A DNA stretch of 59,084 nt from an uncultured Chitinophaga sp. (GTDB taxonomy: Bacteria; Bacteroidota; Bacteroidia; Chitinophagales; Chitinophagaceae): contig CAZQGZ010000001.1 in assembly GCA_964592935.1 (NCBI GenBank), positions 1 to 59,084 on the forward strand. Direction: 5' to 3'. The first letter of the stretch is position 1. Each line of letters starts with the position of its first letter. The notes beneath the pieces are model-generated. The model saw only the letters and a list, made by a program, of their open reading frames with translations, did no database searches and was not told the origin of the DNA. This document shows positions 9,629 through 18,655 of this stretch, piece after piece. The position numbers and the translations under genes were made by a program.

Positions 9629-10264
9629 TTACTTGATGAAACCTTTGCTGTAAGCAAACTTGATGAGCCCGGCCAGGCTATGGGTATTGGTCTTCTGCAT
9701 GATATTCTTGCGGTGTGTTTCCACCGTGCGATGGCTGATATGCAGTGCAGAGGCAATTTTATCGTTTTTATATTCTTTCACAAGCAAGTCAAATACTTCC
9801 TGTTCCCTGCCGGTCAGACGGATTGTTTCCTTTTTCTGCTTTTGTGCAACTTCATTAATAATAATTTGTTCCACATCTTCGCTGAAATAATAACGGCCCG
9901 CCCATACTCTTTTAATGGCTTCTATTAATTCCTGCTGGCCGGAGTTTTTCAACAGATAACCTGACACACCAATATGAACCAGCTCCGAGATAATTTCTTT
10001 GTCATTATAGGTGGTCAGCATAATGATCTTTATTCCCGGTTTTCTTTGTTTTAACAACCGGGCAGTTTCCAATCCGTCCAGTTTGGGCATATTAATATCC
10101 AGCAGGCAGATATCATAATCGTTTTTCTCTGTCAGTTCAAGCACTTCATAACCGTTGCCGGCAGTGCCTGCCACTATGAAGGAATCTACTGATTGCAACA
10201 GGCCCACGATGCCTTCCAGCAATATCCGGTGATCATCTGCTATCAGCAATCTGATTTTTTTCAT
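9629..10264 (-). CDS. NarL/FixJ-family response regulator (REC + LuxR HTH)
   Basis: IADDH, LLDINMP, LTGREQEV...TVETHRKNIMQK; start MKKIRLL. Confidence 0.95.
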   Translation of the reverse strand: MKKIRLLIADDHRILLEGIVGLLQSVDSFIVAGTAGNGYEVLELTEKNDYDICLLDINMPKLDGLETARLLKQRKPGIKIIMLTTYNDKEIISELVHIGVSGYLLKNSGQQELIEAIKRVWAGRYYFSEDVEQIIINEVAQKQKKETIRLTGREQEVFDLLVKEYKNDKIASALHISHRTVETHRKNIMQKTNTHSLAGLIKFAYSKGFIK

Positions 10265-10307
10265 TTTTGCAAAGTTATAGTTGTGACCGGTTTTGGTTCT
10301 ACCGCCG

Positions 10308-12338
10308 TCATGGTATTTTAATATCGCTGTTATACGGTATATCAATAATGGTGACCGTACCCTTTCCTGCCCGGGAATCAACTTCAATGGTCCCGTTCAG
10401 GTAACTTACTCTTGATTCTATATTTCCCAGCCCGATACCCTTTTTTTCGTTCACCGCTTTCTTGTATTCAAAACCCTTCCCGTTGTCTTCCACGGTGATA
10501 TTGATGTACCCGGGATATCTTATCAGTTGCACAATGGCTTTTGTTGCTTCTGCATGTTTTACAATATTATTCAACAGCTCCAGTATGATCCGGTAAATAC
10601 TTATCTCTGTTGATTCTTCCAGCCTTTTATCTTCCCCTGAGTCCATGCCGTGTGTCTCCAGTTCAACAATAAGGCCCGTATGAGATGATATTCTTTCTGT
10701 AACATTGTTCAGCGCTGCTATGAGCCCAAGCTTGGAAAGTGTGGCGGGCATGATATTATGAGAAACATTTCGCAGCTCGGCTGAAGCTTCATCCAGCAAG
10801 GAAAGGGTGGCCTGATATTTTTCCATTTGTACTCCTGTCAGCAAATCTTTATCCCCGTTGAGGGATGATAATTTTAATTTGGCCGCTGATAATACAGAGC
10901 CAAGTCCATCATGCAGGTCTTCTGCAATTCGTTTTCTTTCTTTTTCCTGGGCAGAATCAGCCAGGTTGAACATTTCATTCTGCTGCCTGTTCAGTTGCTC
11001 CTGGTAAAGCATTCGCTGTTTGTTTCTTCGCCTGTTATAAAACATGATGACCATTAATATAGTGAGTACTGCAATACCGATGATAATATTCCGCCATGAT
11101 TGCTGGCGGGATATCCGTGCATCCTGAGCTCTTTTATTTCTTTCTACCCTAAGATCTGCTTCACGCATCAAAATATCCCGCCGGCTGCTTTCATCCTGGA
11201 TACTGTCTTTTAGTTTTGTAAAAAATTGCTGGTATAGATAAGCGCTGTCAAAATTTTTCTTCGTGGCGAATGACAGGGATAATTGCTCGTAAGCGTCTCT
11301 TAAATTTTCCTGGTGCTTTATACTGTCCGCAATTTTCAATCCAATTCTTGAATAAAATAATGCGCTGTCAGGTTTATTCAGCCTGTTATAAATTTCTCCT
11401 GTATTTATATAATAAGAGGAAACATCATAGAGATTTCCATGAAATTCATTTACAGGTTTATAGCTGATCCTGATAGCTTGTAAATCATACTTCAATGCTA
11501 CAGGGTAGTCTTTCATCAATTTATAAACCTCCGCAAGTTTATTATAACAGTATGCTGTTCGCTCTGTTAAACCAAACAAAATTGAGGAAGAAGCATTTTT
11601 TTTGTAATTATCAAGGGCTTTATGGATAAAAGATATTGCCTTAGGCAAATCACTTTGTTTTGTTATATAAAGATCAGCCAGGTTAAGTAAAGCCTTTGCT
11701 TCTTCTACAAAATTATTTATTTGTCTTGCAAGATCAAGTTCCTTTGAATAATATTTTTCGGATAACTCAAAATTCTTCTGCTTCATCATAATATAACCCA
11801 ACACATTGTTATAATGAATCATCATGTCTGTGTCGTTGATTCTTTCTGCATTTGCCAGTCCTGTCGTGGAAATATTCATTGCCCCTTCGTAATCGCCGGT
11901 ATGAAAACAAATATTATTAATAAATATCCGGTGATGATGAAGTTCCTCATACTCAAAACCGTTTTTTAGTGAGATATCAAGGGCTTTTAAGCTCCATTTT
12001 TTCGCATTAACATAATCATGTTTTGACATAAACTCCTGGGCCGTCCTGACACAGGCATACATAAGTATATAATCCTGTTTCTTTGACCCCAATAATCGCA
12101 ACACATGTTTTGAAAAAGAAATTGTTCCATTGGGACCGATCAAATAACCATCATGATCCGGTAATGCACAGGAAGGCTTGAGAGTTGCTTTACCAGTTTG
12201 GATAAAATAAGGAAGGGAATCAATAAGTTTGGAGATAGAAATGATATCTTTCTCCGGCGGTTGTAAACTATCTGTTTGTGCCAGCAAATAATGGCAGTTG
12301 GATAAAACTAAAAAGAAAAGTGACAAAAAAAGTTTCAT
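10308..12338 (-). CDS. TPR-containing sensor histidine kinase (HisKA_3 + HATPase_c)
   Basis: Signal peptide, TPR-like helices, TM segment, ERKRIAEDLHDGLG, ELLNNIVKHA, DNGKGF, GIGLGNI. Confidence 0.95.
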   Translation of the reverse strand: MKLFLSLFFLVLSNCHYLLAQTDSLQPPEKDIISISKLIDSLPYFIQTGKATLKPSCALPDHDGYLIGPNGTISFSKHVLRLLGSKKQDYILMYACVRTAQEFMSKHDYVNAKKWSLKALDISLKNGFEYEELHHHRIFINNICFHTGDYEGAMNISTTGLANAERINDTDMMIHYNNVLGYIMMKQKNFELSEKYYSKELDLARQINNFVEEAKALLNLADLYITKQSDLPKAISFIHKALDNYKKNASSSILFGLTERTAYCYNKLAEVYKLMKDYPVALKYDLQAIRISYKPVNEFHGNLYDVSSYYINTGEIYNRLNKPDSALFYSRIGLKIADSIKHQENLRDAYEQLSLSFATKKNFDSAYLYQQFFTKLKDSIQDESSRRDILMREADLRVERNKRAQDARISRQQSWRNIIIGIAVLTILMVIMFYNRRRNKQRMLYQEQLNRQQNEMFNLADSAQEKERKRIAEDLHDGLGSVLSAAKLKLSSLNGDKDLLTGVQMEKYQATLSLLDEASAELRNVSHNIMPATLSKLGLIAALNNVTERISSHTGLIVELETHGMDSGEDKRLEESTEISIYRIILELLNNIVKHAEATKAIVQLIRYPGYINITVEDNGKGFEYKKAVNEKKGIGLGNIESRVSYLNGTIEVDSRAGKGTVTIIDIPYNSDIKIP

Positions 12339-12407
12339 ACTTTTTTTGGATTGACTGCTTTAAGGTACAAAAAGCGAATCAATGCAACTTCACAAAAGGA
12401 ATATTCG

Positions 12408-12443
12408 ACCTCTCCCCAAACCCCTCTCCGGGGAGCGGGGCTT
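12408..12443. repeat. REP-like GC-rich palindrome (CCCCAAACCC family)
   Basis: ACCTCTCCCCAAACCCCTCTCCGGGGAGCGGGGCTT; related copy at 37064-37090. Confidence 0.6.
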
Positions 12444-12453
12444 AACGACTCGG

Positions 12454-13098
12454 CTAATATAACTTCACAAACGGGTTATTCATCTTCTCAAACCCCACTG
12501 TCGTCACCGGCCCATGGCCCGAATAAACCTTTGTGTCATCCGGCAAGGTGAAGAATTGGGTCTGGATACTGTTGACCAGTGTATCAAAATCCCCGCCGGG
12601 CAGGTCGGTTCTTCCCACACTGCAGTTAAAAAGCACATCGCCGCCGATTATAAAACCGCCGGGCTGGTGATAAAAGGCAATACTGCCGGGGGAATGACCG
12701 GGGACAAACCGGATCTCCATCTCTTCCTCCCCGATCTTAATAATATTACCCTCTTTCAAATAAACCAAGGGCCCCTCATAAGGGTCGAAAGGAAGTTGCC
12801 AAAGCTGGCCGGCCTGGGAGGCAAAGTCAAGCACCGGTTTTTCCTTTTGATGCAGGTGCAGGCTCAGGCCCCAGGTGTCGTAAACGAATTTGTTGCCGAA
12901 AACATGATCAAGATGACAATGCGTATTGAGCAGCAAAACCGGCTCCAGGCCTGTCTTTTCAATGCCCGTTTTTAACTCCTCCCGTTCTTCCGGAAAATAA
13001 CAGCCCGGATCAATAATGCAACACTGCCCCTTTTCGTTGTACAAAACATAGGTATTCTCCTGCACGGGACTAAATGTAAATGACTTAATGCTTAACAT
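12454..13098 (-). CDS. MBL-fold metallo-hydrolase (glyoxalase II/YcbL-like)
   Basis: THCHLDH, PGHSPG, GDVLF and SGHGP motifs. Confidence 0.95.
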   Translation of the reverse strand: MLSIKSFTFSPVQENTYVLYNEKGQCCIIDPGCYFPEEREELKTGIEKTGLEPVLLLNTHCHLDHVFGNKFVYDTWGLSLHLHQKEKPVLDFASQAGQLWQLPFDPYEGPLVYLKEGNIIKIGEEEMEIRFVPGHSPGSIAFYHQPGGFIIGGDVLFNCSVGRTDLPGGDFDTLVNSIQTQFFTLPDDTKVYSGHGPVTTVGFEKMNNPFVKLY

Positions 13099-13165
13099 GG
13101 ATGGTTTTCCGTAATTTTATTTCAGAACCAGGACATGATGGTTTTGAGGAAATAAAGATAATTAA

Positions 13166-13269
13166 AACCTCACCCTGTCAAGACCCTGATTTTCGGAGCT
13201 CCGATTCCCTCTCCCCCGGGAGAGGGGTGCAGAGTCTCAGATATAAATGAAGCATGTTGGGGAGAGGTT
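13166..13269. repeat. REP-like composite palindrome
   Basis: AACCTCACCC...GGGGAGAGGTT ends; inner CCCTCTCCC CC GGGAGAGGG hairpin. Confidence 0.65.
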
Positions 13270-13371
13270 GCCGAGCAGCGAACAGAACGATGAAGAGTGC
13301 GACGCAACAGACGATGATCTGTGTTCATGTCGCTGGCAAAAAAAATAAAGATCAGAAACAGTAAAGAGTTT

Positions 13372-16300
13372 ATGAAGAAACTAACAAGCCTGATGATGAC
13401 CTGCCTTTCGGTTTTCCTGTATATGGAAACGGCGGCACAAGTGAGCACCGTTGAATTTGGAAAGAACCGGGTGCAATACCAGAAATTCAAATGGAAATAT
13501 TACCAGACAGAAAATTTCAACAGCTACTTCAGCCAGGATGGGCTTGGCCTGGGAAAATATGTGGCGCAGATAGCCGAAGAAGAACTTCCGTCGATTGAAG
13601 AGTTTGTGGAATACGGTTTGCAGCGCCGGGCCAACATTGTTATCTATAACAATTTCGATGAAATGCAGCAGTCCAATATCGGGCTGGGCATCGACTGGCA
13701 GAACACCGGCGGGGTGACCAAACTGGTGAACAATAAAATGATCGTTTACTTCGATGGCAACCATGATAACCTGCGCCGCCAGATCCGGCAGGGCATTGCA
13801 AAAATTTTAGTGGATAACGTTTTGTTTGGCGATGACCTCGGCGAATTTGCCGCCAACCAGGCCCTGCTTGATCTTCCCAAATGGCTCACGGATGGTTATA
13901 TCGAATATGCCGCAGAAAACTGGAGCCCTTCTCTCGATGATGATCTTCGCGGCGTGATGCTGGGAGGCAACTACAATAATTTTTACCAGTTCGCTTTTGT
14001 CAAACCATTACTGGCCGGGCATGCTTTCTGGAAATACATTGCAGATAAGTACGGGAAAAGCAAAACCACGTATTTCCTATACCTGGCCCGCATCTACCGC
14101 AACCTGAACAATGCATCCAATAAAATAGCCAAAAAGAAATTCAAGACCCTGCTGCAGGATTTTATGAATGAAGTACCCCAGCAATATTATAAAGATATCC
14201 GGGGCCGGCGCAATTCACCCAAAGGACAGCTATCGGTAAGTGAAGAGATCGGCAAGAAAGATTTTATCCGCTTCAATGCCAATCCCCTTCCCCGCAATTA
14301 TACCTATGCGGTTGTAGAATTTAAGCAGGGCCGCTACGAAGTGGTGCTGCTCGAAAATTTTGTGAACAGGAAAGTGCTGCTGAAACTGGGTGTCCGTTCC
14401 AGGGAAAAAGAAATGCACCCGAATTACCCGCTGCTGGCCTGGGATGGCAAGGGAACCCGGCTGGCGGTTTTGTATAATGACGAAGGCAAAACAAAATTCT
14501 TTGTTTATGACCTGGTGAACCGCAACAAACTCTGGAAACAGGAATGGAAAATGTTTGACCAGGTACAGGATATGAAATACATGCTGGATGCCAACACACT
14601 TTTATTAAGCGCCGTGCGAAGCGGGCAGACAGATATCTATGTTTATAAAATAGACAAACAAACATTTGAACAGGTGACCAATGATGTGTATGATGATCTC
14701 GATCCTTCCTTTGTAGCTTTTCCCAATAAGACCGGCATCCTGTATGCGAGCAACCGCCCCTCGGCCGAAGCTGCCACCAGCGATGATTCACTGCCGGGTA
14801 AACATTATAATATTTACCTGGTGGATAACTGGAATAAATCCGAATTCAAACAAATTTCCAAGCTCAGCGACCTGAAACACGGCAATGCCCGCTTTCCATC
14901 ACAATACAATCAATCGCATTTCACATTTGTCAGTGATGAAAACGGGGTAAATAACCGGTATGCGGGATTCTTCAGAACAGAAAGGGCCGGCCTGGATACA
15001 TTGATTTTCGTCGGTGACGAAGTGCTGCGCAATCCGCCGAAAAAAGATGTGGACAGTTTATTGAAAGAATGGAAAAAAACGGATATTGATTCGGTGGGCT
15101 ATGTTTCCATCACCAATGATTCATCCTATGTTTTCCCGCTTACCAATTACCAGAGCAGCCTGCTCGAAACAAGAACCGCCGGTGATAACCAGCAGGTGAG
15201 TGAAGTGGTGAAACTGGGAGATATTAAGTTATTGTATCGCCTGCGGGTGGATGAAAACACCCTGCGCCGCCGCAATGTAACGGCAAGGCCGACTGAATAC
15301 ATCAAAAAAGTGATTGAAGAAGAAAAGAAAGCCGCCAATAAGGTCACAACCTACCAACCCAAAACAGATACCCTCACCAAAAAACAAAACGATTTCTTCA
15401 ACAGCGGGTTCAATGAAGAAAAAACCGACAGCAGCAAACTGGGCAATGTGATCCCATCGGATATCATCACCAAAGAATCGGTATTGAAAAAAGCAAAAGT
15501 GTATGAATACCGCCCGCCGAAATTTTTTAATGATTACCTGGTCAGCGGTTTTAATAATAATGTATTGGTGAGCCGTTTTCAGCCTTATGGCGGACCGCCC
15601 AGTGAAGCCATTCAAATGAGTAACGGGGATCCATTGAACGGGATCATACGGGTAGGGACATCCGATTTATTTGAGGACTGGAAATTTGCCGGCGGTTTCC
15701 GCATCAGTCCCGACCTGAAAAACAATGAATATGTTTTTACCTCGCAGTACCTGAAAAAAAGAATTGATTACGGGTTCACTTATTACCGCAATGTCGTCAA
15801 AGGCACCCTTACTTTTGCTGCCGCCCCAAACACCAGTTACCTGTTTAAAGAAATTTCAAACCTGTACCAGGCCACTGTCACATATCCGTTCAACAGGATT
15901 CAAAGCCTCCGGCTGAACCTGGCCATGCGCCGCGATAAAGATGTCATACTGACCAATAAGAACCAGCCACAAACCCTGGAAATTCCCGACACAAAAATTT
16001 CAACGGCCCTGGCTCATCTTGAATATATACATGATGATGTTATTAATCCTGCCACCAATATCTGGGTGGGGTTGCGCTGGAAAGTGTATTCCGATGTGAA
16101 TGCCGAAGTGAGTTATAAATTCGGCACTCAAAAAAACCAGGAACATCCGATAACGATGAATGTTGGGTTTGATGCCAGACACTATCTTCCCATCTACCGC
16201 AATATCATCTGGGCGGTGCGTGCGGCCGGAGATTTCTCCTGGGGCAAGCAAAAACTGATTTATTTCCTGGGTGGGGTCGACAACTGGCTGACCTTTGGAA

Positions 16301-16788
16301 AGAACCAGCGTGATGACGGAACATACCGTTACCTGAATCCATCCAATATACCCGACCCCAATACCACTTATGCGTTTCAATCACTGGCTGTGAACCTGAG
16401 GGGATTCCTTCAGAATACCGCGAACGGGAACAATGCCCTGGTGATAAACAGCGAAGTGAGAGCACCGGTATTTTCTTCTTTCTTTAATAAACCTATCAAC
16501 AATGCCTTCCTGAGAAATTTCCAGGTCGTTCAGTTTATTGATCTTGGTACGGCATGGAATGGCCAATATAAAAAAATAGCAAGACCTTCCGTCACTTATA
16601 CAGCTCCCGGAAATCCTATCGCGGTAAAAGTAAAAGCGGGGGGCATCGGTCCTTTTGCCGGTGGTTATGGATTCGGAGCGCGGAGTACCTTACTGGGATA
16701 TTTCCTCCGCTTTGATGCAGCCTGGGATATGAGCGGATTCTTCCGGGGCAAACCGAAATATTATTTTGCGATGGGGTTGGATTTTTAG
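13372..16788 (+). CDS. large outer-membrane protein: degenerate peptidase-like N-terminus, WD40/PD40 propeller, Omp85/BamA-like barrel
   Basis: FGKNRVQY, DDLDPSF PD40-like repeat, NLRGF, C-terminal YYFAMGLDF; start MKKLTSL. Confidence 0.8.
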   Translation: MKKLTSLMMTCLSVFLYMETAAQVSTVEFGKNRVQYQKFKWKYYQTENFNSYFSQDGLGLGKYVAQIAEEELPSIEEFVEYGLQRRANIVIYNNFDEMQQSNIGLGIDWQNTGGVTKLVNNKMIVYFDGNHDNLRRQIRQGIAKILVDNVLFGDDLGEFAANQALLDLPKWLTDGYIEYAAENWSPSLDDDLRGVMLGGNYNNFYQFAFVKPLLAGHAFWKYIADKYGKSKTTYFLYLARIYRNLNNASNKIAKKKFKTLLQDFMNEVPQQYYKDIRGRRNSPKGQLSVSEEIGKKDFIRFNANPLPRNYTYAVVEFKQGRYEVVLLENFVNRKVLLKLGVRSREKEMHPNYPLLAWDGKGTRLAVLYNDEGKTKFFVYDLVNRNKLWKQEWKMFDQVQDMKYMLDANTLLLSAVRSGQTDIYVYKIDKQTFEQVTNDVYDDLDPSFVAFPNKTGILYASNRPSAEAATSDDSLPGKHYNIYLVDNWNKSEFKQISKLSDLKHGNARFPSQYNQSHFTFVSDENGVNNRYAGFFRTERAGLDTLIFVGDEVLRNPPKKDVDSLLKEWKKTDIDSVGYVSITNDSSYVFPLTNYQSSLLETRTAGDNQQVSEVVKLGDIKLLYRLRVDENTLRRRNVTARPTEYIKKVIEEEKKAANKVTTYQPKTDTLTKKQNDFFNSGFNEEKTDSSKLGNVIPSDIITKESVLKKAKVYEYRPPKFFNDYLVSGFNNNVLVSRFQPYGGPPSEAIQMSNGDPLNGIIRVGTSDLFEDWKFAGGFRISPDLKNNEYVFTSQYLKKRIDYGFTYYRNVVKGTLTFAAAPNTSYLFKEISNLYQATVTYPFNRIQSLRLNLAMRRDKDVILTNKNQPQTLEIPDTKISTALAHLEYIHDDVINPATNIWVGLRWKVYSDVNAEVSYKFGTQKNQEHPITMNVGFDARHYLPIYRNIIWAVRAAGDFSWGKQKLIYFLGGVDNWLTFGKNQRDDGTYRYLNPSNIPDPNTTYAFQSLAVNLRGFLQNTANGNNALVINSEVRAPVFSSFFNKPINNAFLRNFQVVQFIDLGTAWNGQYKKIARPSVTYTAPGNPIAVKVKAGGIGPFAGGYGFGARSTLLGYFLRFDAAWDMSGFFRGKPKYYFAMGLDF

Positions 16789-16797
16789 GTAAGGCAA

Positions 16798-16876
16798 TTC
16801 AACAAAGAGATACAGAGATTTGGAGTTACACAGAGAGAATACAATTGGAAATTACCCCGTGTAACTCTGTGTTGAA
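16798..16876. repeat. palindromic element (CAGAG family)
   Basis: TTCAACAAAGAG...GTTACACAGAG ... GTGTAACTCTGTGTTGAA. Confidence 0.6.
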
Positions 16877-16898
16877 AATGTTTTTGAGAAAGCCTATT

Positions 16899-17588
16899 CT
16901 ACTTTGCAATAATGAATGTTTCGCCAAGTTTCTTAATGGTGAAATAAATCAGGGTCATAAATACCGAATAACACAACGTCATTCCCCATGCATATTCATT
17001 GGCAAAGGGATGAATGACCATATCCAGGATCTCTCCTGCCAGCGAAAAGGGATCGGCAATGATATCCCAGCTATTGTAACGCAAAAAACGGCCGATATAG
17101 ATCCCGAAAGCGCAAAGCCACATCACTATGAATACCATCAGGACGGAGAATTGTTTTCCCCGCATTAATGTGATCAGCGTTTCAACTCTCCGAAGTGAAA
17201 TGATACCGCAGAGGATCCCGTTCCAGGCAAATGAAAAGATCAGCAGGAGGTCAAACCATTTGGGTGCCGTGCGTATCCGGGTAAAATGGACCAGGTCGGT
17301 GATGATGTAGAATGAATTCGGGATAAATAAAAGCCAAACGGCCAAAGCCATAAGGAATTTTACTTTGCTTTCGATGATGCGCAGATCACTGGTCATCCAC
17401 CTCGTGATCCAGTAAGGAACAAAGGCGAGAAATAAATTCCAGGGAAGAAAAAAATATTCCGGTGAACCTGTCATGGCCATCCGGCCAAACAAGAGCAGGC
17501 AACTGAATGCCGAAGAAGCCATGAGCCATGCATGTATGGATCCTGAAAGCGGGAAATTCCCGGAACGGAAAGATGAACGCCAAACCAT
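16899..17588 (-). CDS. DUF1361 family membrane protein
   Basis: WNLFLAFVP, WLLFIPNSFYIITDL and GIYIGRFLRYNSWD. Confidence 0.9.
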   Translation of the reverse strand: MVWRSSFRSGNFPLSGSIHAWLMASSAFSCLLLFGRMAMTGSPEYFFLPWNLFLAFVPYWITRWMTSDLRIIESKVKFLMALAVWLLFIPNSFYIITDLVHFTRIRTAPKWFDLLLIFSFAWNGILCGIISLRRVETLITLMRGKQFSVLMVFIVMWLCAFGIYIGRFLRYNSWDIIADPFSLAGEILDMVIHPFANEYAWGMTLCYSVFMTLIYFTIKKLGETFIIAK

Positions 17589-17980
17589 AAAATTATTTTT
17601 GGAATAAAAACAATACAACCAATGATTGAAGCTGTCATGGCAGCCAGCAATACGGCCGCTGCACCAAGGTCTTTGATCGTTTTGATCTTTACATTTTTTT
17701 CTGTTGAAATAAAATCCATTATTTTTTCAATGGCCGTGTTGAATAGCTCGCTGACCCAGACAAATCCAACAGCGAAAGTCAGTGCAATTGCTTCGGAACG
17801 GGATACATATAAACCGGCAGCGAGGAATATAACAACGGCGGTTCCCAACAAGTGGATCCATGCATTATGCTGGCTGCTGAAAAAATCTTTCATGCCGGCA
17901 AAAGCATAACCAAAACTTTTGAACCGCGCCTTTACAGAAAATTTTGAACGATCTTGTTCTGTTTTTCCTTTTTGACCCAT
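17471..17980 (-). CDS. dgkA: diacylglycerol/undecaprenol kinase family protein with C-terminal extension
   Basis: SFGYAFAG, ELFNTAIE, IKDLGAAAVL. Confidence 0.88.
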   Translation of the reverse strand: MGQKGKTEQDRSKFSVKARFKSFGYAFAGMKDFFSSQHNAWIHLLGTAVVIFLAAGLYVSRSEAIALTFAVGFVWVSELFNTAIEKIMDFISTEKNVKIKTIKDLGAAAVLLAAMTASIIGCIVFIPKIILWFGVHLSVPGISRFQDPYMHGSWLLRHSVACSCLAGWP

Positions 17981-17982
17981 TT

Positions 17983-18198
17983 TTAACTCGTTTTCTCCGC
18001 CACCCATTTCCACCAGAAAGCCGTGCAGGTGCCGTATACAAATATTTCATAAAGGTCATCGGTTACAGAATGACCATTGCGGATAACGGCTATGCAAACC
18101 GGAATCATAAAAATGATGGCCAATAAAGTGATGATATATCCCGCCGGGTGAACCGGGAGATAGATCCAGCCAAACGATTTGAACCAAATTGTTTTCAT
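17983..18198 (-). CDS. small membrane protein
   Basis: Two hydrophobic segments; tightly packed in the operon. Confidence 0.75.
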   Translation of the reverse strand: MKTIWFKSFGWIYLPVHPAGYIITLLAIIFMIPVCIAVIRNGHSVTDDLYEIFVYGTCTAFWWKWVAEKTS

Positions 18199-18206
18199 GT
18201 TGTTAT

Positions 18207-18638
18207 TTATTTAATATGAAATGATGATCGGGCTTTTTCTGTCATGAATTCAAATACGGGTTCAGCAAATAATTCCCTGATCCTGTTCCTTGACTGAAAG
18301 AGACTGATCCAGCCAGCCATGACAGCCCCCACCGGAAACAACAGGAACATTCCTGATTGCCATATCCTGCTTTCAACGTTTAAAACTTCCAGCATCTGGA
18401 ATGCAAAAAGCACAGATACAACGATCCCCGCAAACAATACCGTAAACTGAACCCCGAAACTAATTGACCGGCGTACTATCAATAAGTAAATGATCGTAAA
18501 CATAATCCAGGCAAACCAGCCGTAGAACAGTACATAAACAAGGGAAATAAAATACATGACCGGCAACATCAGCGCAGGAATTGTGACAAGGGCATAAAGA
18601 CCGATGGCTCTCGCGTAAATAATAAAAGGTATTTTCAT
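18207..18638 (-). CDS. hypothetical integral membrane protein (about 4 TM)
   Basis: Hydrophobic ORF in the creD operon. Confidence 0.75.
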   Translation of the reverse strand: MKIPFIIYARAIGLYALVTIPALMLPVMYFISLVYVLFYGWFAWIMFTIIYLLIVRRSISFGVQFTVLFAGIVVSVLFAFQMLEVLNVESRIWQSGMFLLFPVGAVMAGWISLFQSRNRIRELFAEPVFEFMTEKARSSFHIK

Positions 18639-18655
18639 AATTATTTGATTAAAAT

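Noticed and set aside
6423-12400. att sites or integrase bounding the AT-rich island
   Set aside because: No convincing direct repeats, tRNA or integrase were seen.
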